64,000 bases of DNA, from assembly GCF_009914755.1 (NCBI RefSeq), contig NC_060930.1. One strand, 5' to 3'. The notes beneath the pieces were generated by a model that was given only the letters and a program-made list of their open reading frames with translations, had not been told where the DNA came from and did not search any database. Source of the DNA: the human T2T-CHM13v2.0 reference genome, Homo sapiens. Below, in pieces: positions 11,790 through 29,855 of this stretch. Both the position numbers and the translations under genes were made by a program. The stretch's first letter is position 1. Every line of letters starts with the position of its first letter.

Positions 11790-12365
11790 ATGTAATAACT
11801 GCAAAACCTACTAAATGGTCTTCCTGTCTCTAGTCTTTTCACCTGCAAATATCTTTTCTGCAATGCTACAGGAAAAAAGCATTGGTCTAAAAGCTAAGGT
11901 CTAAATCTGTGTTCTTCATATTTTTCACTGACTTTCTGTCAGTTTATAACACTCAAAAATTTCCATTCCCCACCCACAAACCTATCCAGCCTTAACTTTC
12001 CCCACTCTTTAAATCCACTTGTCTTTTGGCATCTAGAACTGATTGTACTCTCTCACTCTATACTCACCATGCCATTGTTCATGCTATTCTTTCTGCCTAG
12101 ATATCTTTCCTTCTGGCACTACCTTTCTCCAACTATTTCTCCAACAGTTGCCTACAATTAACACTCGGAATCTCTTCCAATATTTTTTTTTCTGAGCCCA
12201 CCCAGGCCAAGTTACATTTCTTCCTCTTCAAATCCTTAGTACCCAGTTACCCACTTATCTCCTGTAGTGGATTACACAGTTCCCAAGATGAAAGATCATT
12301 TCTTTCTTATTGTTCTTTGTATTCTCAATGCAATATTTGTTCAAAAATGGTTTGTTGACTTGATT
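11790..12365 (+). mobile_element. L2 3' remnant
   Basis: Degenerate L2-like pyrimidine-rich text ending in TTTGTTGACTTGATT. Confidence 0.55.
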
Positions 12366-12726
12366 TCCATGCCTACCTTGCTGTAATGTCTGGATATTTT
12401 CATGGAGAGAACTGGGAGGCGGAGTTGAACAAAAGCTTCTTCAACAGAATATTTGGGCTTAAATCCTCTCTGCTAAGAGACATTGGAGATATTATCTAAT
12501 ATCTTTATGTTTCTACCTCTTATCAATTAGATAAACCTTTCCTTTCATAATTCATGCTATGAAAGTAAGACGAAACACATTCTTACGACGAGTTGAATTA
12601 AATGCATAGCTTTGCGTTCGTATGCAAAGAAATGGTTAGAACTTCTTCCTTAGATATCTAATTATCAGATATTTTAAACCAACTTATGAAAATGTTTTGA
12701 AAGTTTTAAAAAATCCTATATAATTG

Positions 12727-13816
12727 TGACACAGGATTTTTTCCATGCCTCTTCTCCAGCCAGAAACCTCTGTGGCCAGCAGGGCCTCTGCTTGAGTTTT
12801 GCTCACAACCACTGGGCTGGCTGCACCAACTCAGCCTGGCAGGCTATGCTCAGCTCACACTACTGGCCCAGCTACCACGCCCGCTGCAGGTGAGCCAGGC
12901 GTGAAGCAGCAAAGAGTGTGTGAGCAAGTGGACGTGGGGACCAGCCATAGCACACAGCCAGGAGCACCAGCACAGGCGCGAGCAATGTGGGAGGCTGTGG
13001 CTGGACCAGGTGTGCCTCAAGTGGCTTCCGCCTTGGGCGCCAGCATCTGGATGAGGTGAGCGAGGTGGTGCCTGAAAACTTGGAGACGCCAGCGACCATG
13101 GAGCCCCAAGGGGGTGTTACATTGTGTCCCAGCTCTGTCTGAGGGAGCCCCAAGGTCTGGGCCCCCAGAGTGTCACAGCTCTTGTCTCACACTCTGGTGA
13201 TTGGGTGTGTGTCACTGCCCTAAGCTTGGTGGGCTGGCCAGGAACGTGTTTCAGCTTGCTCGTGTTACAGCTCATTCCATCCTGCTATCCCACTCCAGCC
13301 CATGGCTCCTGGGCTGACCCAGCCCCACCGCTGCTTCCTGTCATGTGGGACAGCCACCCGGCACCGGCGGAAGGTGGGAGGACTACAGTGTTACAGCGTC
13401 TTTAGTAGGTCCTGGGTTCTTGTTCTGTGTCCAAGAAGAATGAGGTTACGTTGACAACCGAAGAGAGAGAAGGTGGAGAAGAGATTTATTGAGCCACAGA
13501 ACAACTCTTAGTGGAGAGAGGACCCGAAGTGGGTAGCCTCTACCCCAAGACGGGTAGTCTCCACATGTGGCTCAGTCCGGAGCTTTTATGGGCTCAGAAT
13601 GGGGGAGTGAGTACTGATTAATCCGTGGGTAGGCCTGGAAAAAGCACCATTTGATTGGACAAAAGGTATCGAGGAAGTTCTTACTCTGCTCTAGGACTTT
13701 ACCTGGAACTGGCAGCTTGATTTTCAGGCTTCAGGCTGTCTTTGGCTTGAAGGTCAGGTTTCACCAGGGACCCTCCCCTGTCTGCTTACGAATTTGTCTA
13801 CCTCCTGCCACTATCA
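12727..13816 (-). mobile_element. ERV1 solo LTR, LTR27/LTR28/MER52 group
   Basis: GC-rich 1.09 kb. The reverse strand starts TGATAGTGGCAGGAGG and ends AAAATCCTGTGTCA; reverse AATAAA near 13485; TSD ATTG/ATTA. Confidence 0.75.
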
Positions 13817-13959
13817 ATTACAAGGAACTATTAGTGTTATTGGTATGTTTTATTATTATTTTACTACTCATTCTGAGGTTCAGTTTCTGAGATACTGGCC
13901 TTTATATTAGGTTTTATTATATTGACTTCTGATGCTTTTGCAAAATTCTTTTTGCTTTC

Positions 13960-14195
13960 TGTAATGGTTAATTTTATATGTCAATTATATATATAATTTT
14001 ATATGTCGTGTTTGGGCCATGATTCCAAGATATTTGGTCAAATATTAGTCTAAATGTTGCAGTGAAGATATTTTTTAGATTAGATTAGATGTTAATTAGA
14101 TGTTAATCAAATCTAAAACATACCTTCAGTGCAACATCTAGACTGGTATTATTTAGATGGTATTAATTATAATTTACAAACTGAGGTGAATAATA
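13960..14195 (+). mobile_element. MLT2 LTR 5' fragment, internally rearranged
   Basis: TGTAATGGTTAATTTTATATGTCAA...AGATATTTGGTCAAATATT matches the recalled MLT2 start. Contains one direct and one inverted duplication. Confidence 0.75.
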
Positions 14196-14809
14196 AATAG
14201 AATTTTTTTCCATAACTGGACTTTCTGTCATAGGCCAGAATACAATAAATACCAGAATTGTAGTTCTAGCTCAGAACTTCTCTCCTTCAGGAGTCTAATT
14301 TAGAGAGAGGAACATCAAGGACAGGAGGCATTGGGTTCTCAGTTGTCATGTTCCTCACTGTAGTCCATGGAGCTATTTTCAATCCTCTCTAATCTTTGAA
14401 CTGATGACCACTGAACTTTTCTTGCCCTGTCTTCTTGGCTTCATCAGATCCACCTTCTTACTTGCTCTACCCTCAGAATTCCAGAATAAAAGAACAATAG
14501 TGTAGGCATTGTGATTAGTGTCTTAAACATAAAATGAAGCCCTATTTCTCACCTCCACTCCTAATTTTCTGTTATTAGCCTTTGTCTGGATGAATATTTA
14601 TTTGTTCTAATATTTTAAATTATTCTCTCTATTTTTGATTAGATGTGTCTGTGGTAAACATCATATGGCTGAATTTTGTTTTCTATCCTTTTTGAGTTTT
14701 TCCTAAGGAGAAAATTTTCTGTCTTTACACATCATATCTGATATGATTGTCTTCTGACATGTTTCAGACTTTCTTTTTTTATACTCTTGACTCTTTCATT
14801 CTTGCTTTT

Positions 14810-15110
14810 CTTTTCTTTTTCTTTTCTTTTTTTTTTTTTTTGAGACCGTGTCTTGATGGAGTGTGGTGGCATGACCATGGCTCACCGCAGATTCAACTTC
14901 TCAGATTCAAGCAGTCCTCCCACCTTAGCCGCTAGTAGGTGGGACTATAGGTGCATGCCAGCACACCTGGATGATTTTTTGTTTTTTTTGCAGAGACAGA
15001 GGTCTTACTACATTGCCAAGGCTGGCCTCGAACTCCTGGGCTCAAGCAATCCTCCTATCTCTGTCTCCCAAAGTGCTGGGATTACGGGTGTGAACCACCA
15101 CACCAGGTCC
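14810..15110 (-). mobile_element. AluJ
   Basis: Diverged dimer with J-type CCTGGGCTCAAGCAATCC and a small internal deletion; TSD TCTTGCTTTT (14800-14809, 15111-15120). Sits in degenerate old L1-like sequence. Confidence 0.88.
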
Positions 15111-16199
15111 TCTTGCTTTTTTGTTTTTAGAAATTTTTATCTACATGTTTTAATTTCTTCTTCTAGAAGTCAGAAACAATACCAATCAACTGTCCCCCAC
15201 ATCTCTACCTTAAAAGATAAAAAAATTAATATGAAATTTATGACTATATTCTTCTTACCTACTGCAATTTTTGTTAATAGGATGTTGGCATTAAAATGTT
15301 ACTTTTTTTTTTTTTTACAACTGAATTATATCTTACAACTATTTCTTTAATATGATGATTCTTGAGGCATCTATGCTTATTAATCTTAGTCAACTGAAAT
15401 ACACTGTATGTTTTAAAGAGGAGTTCATGGTTAGTATACTCCTTAAATTTTTGTGTGCTTGAAAATTTCTTTTATTTCTTTGTTAAAATGACGTTTTGGT
15501 TAAGTATACAATATTTGGTTAAGAGTTATTTAAGTATAAACATCACATTATTATCAACTAATGTCTAGAGTTACTAAGAATATTCTTGTAACTTGATTGC
15601 TTCCAGGATAATTATATACAGTGAATAGAGAATGACCTCATGGAGAGAATTCATAATGTCATACAACATTTTGTTATGTCAAATACACAAGTAGAAAATA
15701 ACTATAAAATCAGATCACAAAATGATACACAGTATCTGCTTACTGTCATCACAGAGTAGGTACATTGAAATAAGAATATGCCTTCTTTTCTTTTCACTTA
15801 TATTTCACTTTTCAGTATGAATTCCAGTGGTCTCTGGAATTAGCCAGTGGTATAAGGGGGACTGTCTAGAGTTAATGGGTAGAACTTTCAAGTAACGCTG
15901 GTTTTACTGTGAAACAAATGTGGAAATAAAGAATGCAGGCATCTGAACCACATGGCCACATTTCTTGGAATCTGGGGAGAGCTTTACAACAAAAGTTTCC
16001 AGGAGGAACTGTTTCTAGAGTAGCACTGGACATCACAGTCTAATCACAAATAGGAAAAGTGAGGATCATTCAGGATTCAATTCAATGTAAATATCAGGAT
16101 CTCTAAATACATCTTTGAAAACAGGGACCCCTTGATTTTCTACTATTCTTTGAATTCATCCAATTCTTTTACAATTTCTTTTTCTAAGCTTCATAACTT

Positions 16200-16350
16200 C
16201 ACCACTATGTGACCATATGCAACTTATTTAACAACTTTATGTTTCAGTGCCTTCATTTAAAAATAGAGATAGTAATAGAACCTACTACATATGCAAGATA
16301 ATGTATAAAATATGCTTAGTAATAAGTTTGGGATATAGTAAGCATTCAAC
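16200..16350 (+). mobile_element. MIR
   Basis: MIR core-like TGTGACC...TTTCAGTGCCTTCATTTAAAAATAGAGATAGTAATAG. Confidence 0.65.
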
Positions 16351-16725
16351 AGAATCAGCTTTTACCTATGCCAAGATCCTAGATTGCTCTGTACCATGCT
16401 TAGGGGAGGAGGGTATACAAGTAAGAAGCCAGGGAAATGAAGCCTTTCTTAAACCTTTGACTTTAATTGTCTGTACATAAAGGATGTTTTAAAAATTTGA
16501 CAATTATATTGATGTGTTAGAAAACTATTATCATATGGTTCCCAAGCAAAGATGGCCAAATAGGAACAGCTCCAGTCTACAGCTCCCAGCATGAGTGACG
16601 CAGAAGATGAATGATTTCTGCATTTCCAACTGAGGTACTGGGTTCATCTCACTGAGGATTGTCAGACAGTGGGTGCAGGACAGTGGGTGCAGTGCACTGA
16701 GCATGAGCCGAAGCAGGGTGAGGCA

Positions 16726-16989
16726 TTACCTCACCCGAGAAATGCAAGGGGTCAGGGAATTCCCTTTCCTAGCCAAGGAAAGGGGTGACAGACGGCACCT
16801 GGAAAATCGGGTCACTCCCACCCTGATACTGTGCTTTTCTGATAGTCTTAGCAAACGGCACACCAGGAGATTATATCCTGCACATAGCTCAGAGGGTCCT
16901 ATGCCCACAGAGCCTCGCTCTTTGCTAGCACAGCAGTCTGAGATCAAACTGCAAGGTGGCAGTGAGGCTGGGGGAGGGGTGCCCGCCAT
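16726..16989 (-). CDS. L1 ORF0 (antisense ORF), open, 87 aa
   Basis: MAGTPPPASLPPCSLISDCCAS...IRVGVTRFSRC matches recalled ORF0; context GCAATGG. Expression unknown. Confidence 0.6.
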   Translation of the reverse strand: MAGTPPPASLPPCSLISDCCASKERGSVGIGPSELCAGYNLLVCRLLRLSEKHSIRVGVTRFSRCRLSPLSLARKGNSLTPCISRVR

Positions 16990-17564
16990 TGCTGAGGCTT
17001 GAGTAGGTAAACAAAGCGGCTGGGAAGCTCGAACAGGGTGGAGCCCACTGCAGCTCAAGGAGGCCTCCCTGCCTCTGTAGACTCCACATCTGGGGGCAGG
17101 GCGTAGCCAAACAAAAGGCAGCAGAAACCTCTGCAGACTTAAATGTCCCTGTCTGACAGCTTGGAAGACAGTAGTGGTTCTCCCAGCACGCAGCTTGAGA
17201 TCTGAGAATGGACAGACTGCCTCCTCAAGTGGGTCCCTGACCCCCGAGTAGCCTAACTGGGAGGCACCCCCCAGTAGGGGCAGACTGACACCTCACACGG
17301 CCAGATACTCCTCTGAGACAAAACTTCCAGAGGAACGATCAGGCAGCAACATTGGCTGTTCAGCAATACTCGCTGTTCTGCAGCCTCTGCAGCTGATACC
17401 CAGGCAAACAGGGGCTGGAGTGGACCTCCGGCAAACTCCAACAAACCTGCAGCTGAGGGTCATGACTGTTAGAAGGAAAACTAACAAACAGAAAGGACAT
17501 CCACACCAAAACCCCATCTGTACGTCACCATCATCAAAGACCAAAGGTAGATAAAACCACAAAG

Positions 17565-18581
17565 ATGGGGAAAAAACAGAGCAGAAAAACTAAAAATTCT
17601 AAAAATCAGAGTACCTCTCCTCCTCCAAAGGAACGCAGCTCCTCACTAGCAACGGAACAAAGCTGGATGGAGAATGACTTTGACTAGTTGAAAGAAGAAG
17701 GCTTCAGACGATCAAACTTCTCCGAGCTAAAGGAGGAAGTCTGAACCCATAGCAAAGAAGTTGAAAAACTTGAAAAAAGATTAGATGAATGGCTAACTAG
17801 AATAACCAATGCAGAGAAGCCCTTAAAGGACCTGATGGAGCTGAAAACCATGGCACAAGAACTATGTGACAAATGCACAAGCCTCAGTAGCCGATTCGAT
17901 CGACTGGAAGAAAGGGTATCAGTGATGGAAGATGAAATGAATGAAATGAAGTGAGAAGAGAAGTTTAAAGAAAAAAGAATACAAAGAAATTAATAAAGCC
18001 TCCAAGAAATATGGGACTATGTGAAAATACCAAATCTATTTCTGATTGGTGTACCAGAAAGTGACGGGGAGAATGGAACCAAGTTGGAAAACACTCTGCA
18101 GGATATTATCCAGGAGAACTTCCCCAATCTAGCAAGGCAGGCCAACATTCAAATTCAAGAAATACAGAGAATGCCATAAAGATACTCCTCGAGAAGAGGA
18201 ACTCTAAGACACATAATTGTCAGATTCACCAAAGTTGAAATGAAGGAAAAAACGTTAAGGGCAGCCAGAGAGAAAGGTCGGGTTACCCACAAAGGGAAGC
18301 CCATCAGACTAACAGCTGATTTCTCGGCAGAAACTCTACAAGCCAGAAGAGAGTGGGGACCAATATTCAACATTCTTAAAGAAAAGAATTTTCAACCCAG
18401 AATTTCATACCCAGCCAAACTAAGCTTCATAAGTGAAGGATAAATAAAATACTTTAGAGACAAGCAAATGCTGAGAGATTTTGTCACCACCAGGCCTGCC
18501 CTACAAGAGCTCCTGAAGGAAGCACTAAACATGGAAAGGAACAACTGGTACCAGCCACTGGAAAAACATGCGAAATTGTAA
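17565..18581 (+). pseudogene. L1 ORF1 (1017 nt, several in-frame stops)
   Basis: ATGGGGAAAAAACAG...AAATTGTAA at canonical length, with stops such as TAG ~17685 and TAA ~17993. Confidence 0.92.
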
Positions 18582-18644
18582 AGACCATCAATGCTAGGAA
18601 GAAACTGCATCAACTAATGAGCAAAATAACCAGCTAACATCATA

Positions 18645-22777
<4,133 letters not shown>

Positions 22778-23149
22778 ACAATGAGAATACATGGACACAG
22801 GAAGGGGAGCATCATACACCAGGGCCTGTTGTGGGGTGGGGGGAGGTGGGAGGGATAGCATTAGGAGATATACCTAATGTTAAATGACGAGTTAATGGGT
22901 GCAGCACACCAACATGGCACATGTATACATATGTAACAAACCTGCACTTTGTGCACATGTACCCTAAAACTTAAAGTATAATAATAAAAAAAAAGAAATC
23001 ATAAAACACAGGTAAAATATGCCTATGGAGAAGATACTATAGGCAACGAGGGTAATTTTTTGAAAGCGAATGTTTTATGGTCTCCAGAAATTTCAGAAAT
23101 GTAATTTTGATGTAATATAAAATAAAGCTGAAATGATAAAAAAAAGAAA

Positions 23150-24208
23150 ATTATTATCATATAATCAATTACTATATTGGTGTACTGTAAGCTCAGTAGT
23201 GGGCCCTCTCCTATTTTCACCCCACACTCTGTTTCCCATAGAGATCTCAAATACTTCCACTGCTTACTATTCCCATGCCAGTGATGCCCACATTTCTTAG
23301 TTGCAGATTTGAGCATCTTTTCTTAGTTCTACATCTGAATGTTCAATTGCCTATATTGAGCATTTCTGCATTTCTGAGAGTCACTTCAAACTCAGTATAT
23401 CCAAAACTCAGCTCTTCATCTTTTTCTTTAGATATTCTGCTACCTATTTTCCTTTCTCAAAGGCCCAAGTCCAAAACATGCCTGTTGTTCTTTAATTTTT
23501 CCTCTCCCTTTAATATCCACCACTAATTTTTATTGATTCAACATTGTGAGTGAATCTTAAAGTCGTCCTTTCATCTCCATTCTTATCTCAGTTTAGGTCG
23601 TATGACTTTTGTCTCTTCTAATTGTTTCATTTGCCTCCAATCTTGCCCTCTTCATAATTATTCTCCAAAAAGTAGCCAGAGTGATTGTTCTGAAACCCAA
23701 ACTTGATAATGCTACTATATTACTTAAAACCTTTCAATGACTTTAATTGCTCTCAGAATGAAATCCAACTTCCTTAACACGACCTGCAGGGTGAGATTTT
23801 TCCTTAAGTCTACCTTTTTTTCAGCCCCCACCCCTGCCTTCACACATACTCCATAATCCTGCTATTGTTACTTCTGTCAGTTCTTTGAATATACCATGCT
23901 TCCCTTGACTTATTGGCATTTAAACACTCTTCACCATGTTTTATGCCACAATAACTCCTCATAATGCTTCATGTCTCAATTAGATGTCATATTTAGAGGG
24001 AATATTACTCTCATGTCCCAATATTAGATACTACCTGTTCAGGTAATAGTGTAGCATGACCCTGAAACTTAATTTTGTGTGTATGTTCTCAATTAAAACC
24101 TAAAGATAGCAGGACCCTTGATCATGTGCATTATCAATATGTTTTCAGAATCTAGCCTAGTGCCTGGCATACAAGAGCATACTTACTTAATGTTTTTCAA
24201 ATGAATGA
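23150..24208 (+). mobile_element. L2 (L2a-like) 3' portion
   Basis: Ends CTAGTGCCTGGCATACAAG...AAATGAATGA, the typical L2 tail. Confidence 0.75.
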
Positions 24209-24608
24209 TCTCTCAATGTTAATATAGCCAATAGAATTCTTATGTGATACTACTCTTTCTATGGCTTTACACAGGTTGTCTGATAATTCTTAAACATGGA
24301 CTTTATTTATCAGATATATGTTTAAGAAATTTGTAGACGGTAGTCTTAGTAGAACAGCTTCTTTCTAATCTAATTTTCATCAAGTAAATGACTAGTCTAA
24401 AAGGAGGATGTAGCCACGAGGGATTCATGCCATGAAGCAGGTTGTTTGAGAATAATGGACAATAAAAACATACAAAAAAGCTTACTAAACCATCTCCAGT
24501 CAGACTAGAATGATAAATTATATAAGACAAATCAGTCTGTTTTATGGTGCTTTCTTATTCATCATTTAAATTTGTTATTTTTAAAAGTAATTAATTATTT
24601 TCATCAAA

Positions 24609-24748
24609 TTATTATTATTATCATTATTATTATTATTGCAGATGAGGATTCCGCTGTGATGTCCAGGCTGGCCTCTAACACCTGGGTTCAAGTGATCCTT
24701 CTGCTTTAGCTGAAGCTGGGACTAAATGTGTATGCCACCATACCCATC
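24609..24748 (-). mobile_element. FLAM/Alu monomer with (TTA)n tail
   Basis: CCAGGCTGGCCTCTAACACCTGGGTTCAAGTGATCC preceded by (TTA)n. Confidence 0.75.
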
Positions 24749-25147
24749 AGTAAATTGTTATTTTTAAGAACTATAGGTTTAGACTCAGTTACACATTTTT
24801 GTACCTGTAATTAAGGTCATAGACATTTTATCACCAAAAGGTCAGAGTACAAACTAGTTCATTCAGATTTATCCAGCTTAGTGCCTGACACAAAATAAAA
24901 TACTAAAGAAAAAGCTAGCTAAAATGCATTTCTCTTTTTGCTCATACCAATACTTTTTAAATTCTGCAAAAATATAATTTATTGTCATATTGGAAATGCT
25001 GAAGTTTACCATACATAGAAACGATTCTTTCATTGATCCAAAGGCTATTAAAATCCCAAGAGGTAACCTTTGAAAGCAAACTTTCAGACTCCGTGGTAGG
25101 CTCCCCACCATTTTAAAATAGCACCCAAACCTGTGTTTACTTTCAAA

Positions 25148-25811
<664 letters not shown>

Positions 25812-28800
25812 CTTTAATATATTATCACCCATCACTCTCGCAAGCATTATAAACTTTTCTACATTTTCATAGCTTTATGAACATAATCTGTTATAAGAAA
25901 CAGTAGTAATTATTTCCCAAAGTAAGCCCTGTGATATTAATAGATTTACTATGTAAACTTGGGTCTTCAGTCAGTTAGGTTGGAGAAAAATTCAATTAAG
26001 CAAAACTTAAATACCTTCTGCATTGCAGGCCTTTTGAGAACCTTTATTATGATAATTTGCATTAGGAATGTTCAAGTATGAAATATCATATTTAATGTTC
26101 TAGTAATTTGCTTTATTTGCCTAAAATTTTAGACAACATCTACTAGGAATAGTGACATAAAAGATAAAGGATAAATAATTTAAAATTTATAAAATGTTGC
26201 CATTTTATTTATTTTAAATATGGAGCCTCTCAGATTCATTATTTACCTACTTTAAGTATCACAATCCAGATATTACATACTTTTGTTTATTGGTTATGAG
26301 TTCATTTACATTTTGTGCATTAATCAGCTTTCCATTTTGAGATTTCTCCAGCAACTCATTTCAGAACCTTTCCTAATCCACGTATTTAAGTCTTCAATAA
26401 TTTCGTTACTCTCTATACTTACCAACAATGTTGAAATGTTAGAGCTCTGTGGTTAAAGGCTACAATTGTTCTTTTCATCCATCATCCTTGAGTTTGCTTT
26501 TAATAATACTGTTACTTGGAGGTGGAGAAGCATTGAGCAGAGTCAAGTAAGATGCAGCTTTACAATAAGGGAGGCTTTTCTCTTCCCTCTCCGTTATACT
26601 CTATCTTGTGAACTTCTGTTCAGATAGGCAGATTGTGGCTATTAAATGAGATGTAGGAGAAATCTCATTCTCTGCCTTCTCTGGAGTACTATTCATCTTC
26701 AATACTTAGAAAAAATTATTTTAGCCAAGGGGAAATTATCAAATGAATGAAGCTTAAGGTAGAATCTTGGCAAACAACTCCAGCTATGTGTACCTTAAAG
26801 TTCTGCAGAATTTTAAATAGCTTCTGATTCAAATGAATTTGAGAAAATCTTGACTAAACAAAGCTAAATAGTTTCATTTGTTTTGAGACCTCTCAAATTT
26901 ACTTGATTGTTTCTCTTTTTAGTTGCTGAGAGGAGGGTAGAATGTATAGAATGCCCAAATATAACATGGTGCAAATTTTTTTAATAGGAGTAGATCTCAA
27001 ATGACAGTGCTGCAGAATATATTTTGGAAAAAGTTGTTCTAGATTTTAGTAAGTGTTTTACACTTGGTAAAACAGGGTAATTATGAGTTTTGTTTGTTGT
27101 TTGTTTTTAATTTGCTGTACTGTTAGAAATAGATTTTTAATTATTTCATTAAGGGCAGAAAGATGTTAAGAAAACTAATGCTTCGATTCGCCAATATTTA
27201 AGCATATTACATAAATAGGAAGAAAGAAAGTGTTCTAGGTTTTCAAGTAAAGTAACTGTAACACCACTTAATTAAAAAAAACACTCCACTTATACTTGGC
27301 CTCAGGCTAAAATCAGATTGAGGAATCAACATCTACGATTGGAAACCCAGCTAAAGTGTGGCCAGCTTTTATCATGAGTTGATTGTATACAGGCTGATTT
27401 CAAGTTGGTAAGGCAGGCTGGTCCTCTTTTACAGCATCTATAAACAGGGCCAGAATCTGGCTGACTAGAGCCTGAGAACATGTTAGGTCGCTTCATATTC
27501 AATTCACAGCCCTATAAAGAGAAGAAAAATGAGCCTTGTCCAAAACTCTTACCTCAGCACCCACTGGCAAAAATAAAATGTAAGCTGGGGACCAAGTCTC
27601 TTTGAAGCTGATTTTTTAAAAACTCTCTAACAGGCCTCTGGTGGTTACAGATATTGATCGTCAGAAAGTAATCTGTTCAGGTTTGGGGGCATGCCAGTAC
27701 AAATTGTGGAATGCATTCCTTCCTCTCCAAGGACATGTTGAGCTTTTTACATTGTCCATACTGGTTCACTTGTCAGCTGTCTACCCTATTTGACATGAAT
27801 TATTTTCTATCTTTTGTGGATGTATAATTAAATATATTTTAAAAATAGGAAATTTTATTAACATAGAATCTTTAGCTTGAGTCAAAACATTCTTTTCATC
27901 TTTTTTAACCCTCATTTTTCTTCCATAATCATTATTTGATTCCCTCTGGCTGCCTGCTACTTATTTGTAGTAGTACCATTCATCCATTGAGACCTTTCCA
28001 TCTGTCACACAGCTTTGCTTTCTTTCCCCAGAAGCTTTATTCTCCTACTGTGCCATGTTTACTTTTTTTTTCCTTTTTCTTTCTCTCTTTTTGTCTACTA
28101 GTTGGACTGAACACTCTTTTGTGCAGGTGTTTTCATCTTTTATTTTTGTTATTTTTTGATTTATACTTGGAAAATAATGCTGAATTAGATAAAAGTGACA
28201 GTCAGAAAGGGCATATTTGCTAATCTTTAAAAACAAATGTAATTTTTTAAAAATCCATATGTTTTTATTCTAATATATAAAAGGTAGAATTTCAGTAGAT
28301 CCGGAACATTCTGATTGTTAAGTGAAGTAGTAGGAATTGCTTCAACCAGTATTTACATATGGTGTGAGAGTGATGCTGATATTTTACTCTCCATGTGTGT
28401 ACTTTAATGTTTCTTAAGTGTTATTGCTGATTAAAGGTTTATTTACTGTGAATTTCAATGCTTAAAAATACTTAGACATAAAGACTAACATTTTTGGATA
28501 TTACTTTCCCTCAGAGATTACCAACAAGTTGTATTAAAAGGTAGATATCTTCCGGCTAGAGAACGGATTCTAGGGATAGGAAAATAAATGCAAGCGTTCA
28601 TGGTAAGATTAAGTGATTGGAAAGTCTCCATTTTGCTTAAATTATTGGTGAATTTTTCTTAACTATGTTATGGTAAAGTATTGAAAGACAGGATTCTTTC
28701 TTTATTGATAAACATGTTGAAAATGATAACCTAGATTATTGAATGTTTTCTAGAACAAACTCAAGGTGATAAAAATAAGGAGTTTTATATTAACAAATGC

Positions 28801-29855
28801 AAATGCATTTCTATTTTTGCATCCTCAGAAGAGTATTAACTTTTCTTTCTGTTGTTTCTGACCTAATACTTTGGATTTAAATATTGAATGATGTGCAATA
28901 TGTCTTTTCAAAATAGTTAGCAATATTTTTTAATGAATTCCTCAGTGGCACAGTAAGTTTTCAAGTGTGTGTCATGGGCTGGAAGGCATTGCTTTAATTG
29001 AATATCCATGTTTTCTGATTATAATGGTTTGGAAATCAGAGCCAAATGAGAAGCATGTTATGCCCACTCAACTAAAAAATAATTGAGTCTCCTTTTCGAG
29101 GTTTACAGATAACCAAATCCACATGTATCAAACCTCTGTTGTGTACATGGTGCTGAACTCACATCAGTAAGGGAGTAGATGTTAAGGGATAGCTTCTGCT
29201 GTCAAGGGACTCAAAGTCTGTCTGAGGAAGAGAATACAGTACTGACTTCACTTAAAGCATTTGATTTGGCACAGAACATTAAGAATATGTTTGCTGAGGT
29301 CTGATAGTATGATAGATTATGCTCTGATCACAGTTGTTTAGGGCCAGGAAATAAAAAACTTCCTAAAGTATTTTAAAACAGTGTTTTAAGTAGATCAGGG
29401 ACATATCATGGGATAGAAGAGAAGGATGATACTAGCAATCGGAAAATAGCAAGTAGAGATGTATGCAGGAGTTCAGAAGAGAAGTATGAAGACAGGACTT
29501 TTTTTGTATGTGTGGAGTCTGGAGTGGGAATAAGAAGTGCAACCAAAACATTAATAATTGTTCAGTCCCTGAACAACCAAAGATAATGAGTCAGAGTCTT
29601 TGACTATAAGAAACTAATAATCTAAGTAATAGATATGTCATATGTAAAAATAGTTATCTTATAGTCTAAAAGGCTATAAAACATATGCTGTTTTTTTTTT
29701 CTTGAGATATAATAACAAATCCTGTTACAACAATAAGCTTTGCATGGAGAATGAAATAAAAGCTCATGATGCAAAAAGTAGCTGCTTAAAGGCATTGTAG
29801 AGAAACCAAAAGAGTCAGGTCGTGAAAGGCTAAAGTCTTAATAAAAAGGAAAATA

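Noticed and set aside
12799-13405. Cluster of GC-rich ORFs
   Set aside because: They lie within the LTR27/28-type LTR, where high GC suppresses stop codons; no protein motifs.
14853-15350. 165-aa ORF
   Set aside because: Antisense AluJ translation followed by T-rich sequence.
26055-26062. Octamer ATTTGCAT (also ~28797 and ~59114) as OCT4-SOX2 sites
   Set aside because: No correctly spaced SOX half-site; the count is compatible with chance in AT-rich DNA.
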